Shown in pieces: positions 61,715 to 64,000 of a stretch of DNA of 64,000 nucleotides. Source of the DNA: Rhynchopus sp. YZ270_cl-10 (lineage: Eukaryota); NCBI GenBank assembly GCA_964035575.1, contig OZ037836.1, forward strand, positions 1,426,001 to 1,490,000, read 5' to 3'. Each line of letters begins with the position of its first letter. Positions within the stretch are counted from its first letter, which is position 1. Position numbers and translations under genes: made by a program. Under the pieces are notes generated by a model. It saw only the letters and a program-made list of their open reading frames with translations. It did not search any database and was not told the origin of the DNA.

Positions 61715-62225
61715 CCAGTCCCCTAGTGCATTTTACCTGTCATGACCAGGCCTGACGCTAACTTTTGGGTTTTTGGGAAATAGTGGGATGATGGTCGAAT
61801 ATGGGGGGGTCCGAGACGACAGTGGCCTGCGACGACCACTGGTGTTCAGGTTGCTGCAGCCAAACTATGTCATGGGAGGGTGGGTTGCAAAGCTTGCGCC
61901 GCAGGCGCACGGTACGCTACTTTTATTCTTTCGACGTATCTTTTTCTCACTCCTCGTTGGGTTCTACGAGCTCCGACCACAAAATTGTGGGGGTCACAAC
62001 GCGCAGCAAAGTTCGCAGCTATGCAAACTGCCCCCACGTTTACTTTGCACTTTACCCTCAGTGGTCAAGTACTGACCATATATTACACACAAAACCTGAA
62101 AATGCCCTGTAAAAACTGATACATGCATTTTAGGTCAAAAATACTCAGTTCTGAGCGCAAAGTGACCCCATCACAGCGCAGAGGCTCCGGAGCACTGAAA
62201 TATTTTTTTTTTTTTTGGGAGATAG

Positions 62226-62460
62226 TCAGACTTACCCTACCCTATTTTGAAAAAGTTCAGACTTGCCCTATGAAAAAGTTCAGACTTGCCCGAAAATAAG
62301 TTCAGACTTGCCCTAAAAGTGTTTTTAGGGCAAGTCTGAACTTATTTTTAGGGCAAACACTTTTTTAGGGCAAGTCTGAACTTTTTTGGGGCAAGTCTGA
62401 ACTTATTTTAGGGCAAGTCTGAACTTATTTTTAGGGTAAGTTTGAACTTATTTTAGGGCA
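62226..62460. repeat. Head-to-head array of AAGTTCAGACTTGCCCTA-like units
   Basis: About 4 forward units then about 6 reverse-complement units, with the inversion centre at ~62320. Confidence 0.9.
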
Positions 62461-62482
62461 ACAAGTCAGGCCACTTTGGCTG

Positions 62483-62773
62483 GGTACCCAGGTACCCAGG
62501 TACCCAGGTACCCAGGTACCCAGGTACCCAGGTACCCAGGTACCCAGGTACCCAGGTACCCAGGTACCCAGGTACCCAGGTACCCAGGTACCCAGGTACC
62601 CAGGTACCCAGGTACCCAGGTACCCAGGTACCCAGGTACCCAGGTACCCAGGTACCCAGGTACCCAGGTACCCAGGTACCCAGGTACCCAGGTACCCAGG
62701 TACCCAGGTACCCAGGTACCCAGGTACCCAGGTACCCAGGTACCCAGGTACCCAGGTACCCAGGTACCCAGGT
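62483..62773. repeat. (GGTACCCA)n microsatellite, ~36 units
   Basis: Seen directly. Confidence 0.99.
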
Positions 62774-64000
62774 CCAGGTCCAGGAACAGGTACCCAGGAA
62801 CAGGAAAAAAGTCGTGAAAGAGCAACCACAGCTCCACATGACAAACACAAAAGTGTCCAGTCACGTGGGGCATTCATGCACTGAGGAGATAATGATCCAA
62901 CAATTTACAAGAAAGATTACTTAACCTACTGCTGGAAATTGCCAGGTCGTAGTAACACACAAAGTGTGCCTCCGTTCGGGAAGACCGGATATTCTAGAGA
63001 CCAAAAAGGCCTCAAGAATATCTTCCGGTAGTCAAGGTAGAACCGAGTGAACGGCCCAAGACCCCCGTGGAGAAGTTAAATGTTGTAATGCTATCAGGTA
63101 GAAACTGCGAACACTGTCTTACCCTCCTCAATGCATGGTGGTTGATGTCTTCCACAACAAATTTCCTGTACCCAGGTACCCAAATTCCCAGACCCACGCA
63201 GTGGCACATGACCGCCAAGTGTGAGTGACCCACACATGAGGGAATGCGACACTACGCAAAATTTACCACCAGACCCTGTCTTCGTGCACCTGAAGTACAA
63301 CGCCGCAGACAGGCCAAACATGCGTTGGACTCAGAGGAATGCCCGCTGTGCAGGTATCAAACATGAGAACCAACTCCCAGCAACAAGGGGCGCCTTTTGG
63401 CGGGCGTTGTTGAGGGTGTTTGGGGTGCAAAGTTTTCCACAATTTTGATGCGCGGGTACAGAAGTGTTATCTTGTTCTTTCATCTCTAGGAATGTAAATG
63501 TCAATCGCGTTTAACTACCACTAGGGCTTGTTCAGTGAACCCACAAGGGGTCGAAGGGGGTTGGTTATCCCGTATCTATCAAAGGTTGTGTCGACCAGGC
63601 TAAACCACTATGTTACGCTGTACGTTGTTAAATCCGAAGAAATAACACTTTAGCAGCCGCAGGAAGTTTGCTAAAAAGAGTGCCTCACGCTACACAAACC
63701 ACCACCCGCGATTGACTTAGATGTTATAACAAAGAGAATTCAGAACAAAACAACACCCTGCCCCATACACACTAAATTGTCATGCTTCAAGAGCATGCCT
63801 GGGCCAAAATTACTGTGACAAAAAGGCAACAAGACCACCCACAAGGAGTGTGAATTGTGCACTGGTTTTCTGGGGGAACGCAATATTTTCTTGTGCCTCG
63901 TCCTCCGTAAGCAGAGGACAGACTTTCCGGAAGGTTTCCAAAGTCGAATTTCTTGCACTAGCTATGCTCCCTGGGTTAAATGGCTATAGCAGTGACTGAC

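Noticed and set aside
60954..62773. Telomeric repeats
   Set aside because: The arrays are internal, have differing units, and none is TTAGGG-like with terminal polarity.

Overview
Repeat-dense eukaryotic DNA, probably a protist. Genes are intronless, all on the + strand and preceded by polypyrimidine-AG sites, which is compatible with a trans-splicing euglenozoan, but this cannot be confirmed from the window. No rRNA, tRNA or CRISPR array was recognised. Main content: (1) A dispersed tandem family of at least 8 loci encoding an N-terminal ubiquitin-like domain, 6-9 BspA/TpLRR-like 25-aa leucine-rich repeats and a C-terminal bipartite NLS. The framework is near-identical between copies, while a few codons per repeat and a variable-length C-terminal loop are hypervariable; this is a candidate diversified intracellular receptor family. 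(2) Sequence-diverse non-coding insertions in these genes flanked by 18-bp target duplications (four seen with both flanks). At least two begin at their first base with an HDV-like ribozyme fold. (3) A chain of six different TIR/foldback elements joined at TA sites within poly-G. (4) Two tandem degenerate tyrosine-recombinase (Crypton-like) elements whose inverted repeats co-vary within each copy. (5) Nested non-autonomous TIR elements with 8-9 bp TSDs, pervasive C-GNA-G triloop mini-hairpins, and five related GTAC/GTATAC-core microsatellites. There are also two unrelated intact ORFs (10378-10893 and 12224-12853) and several pseudogene fragments. All alignments and folds were done by eye.
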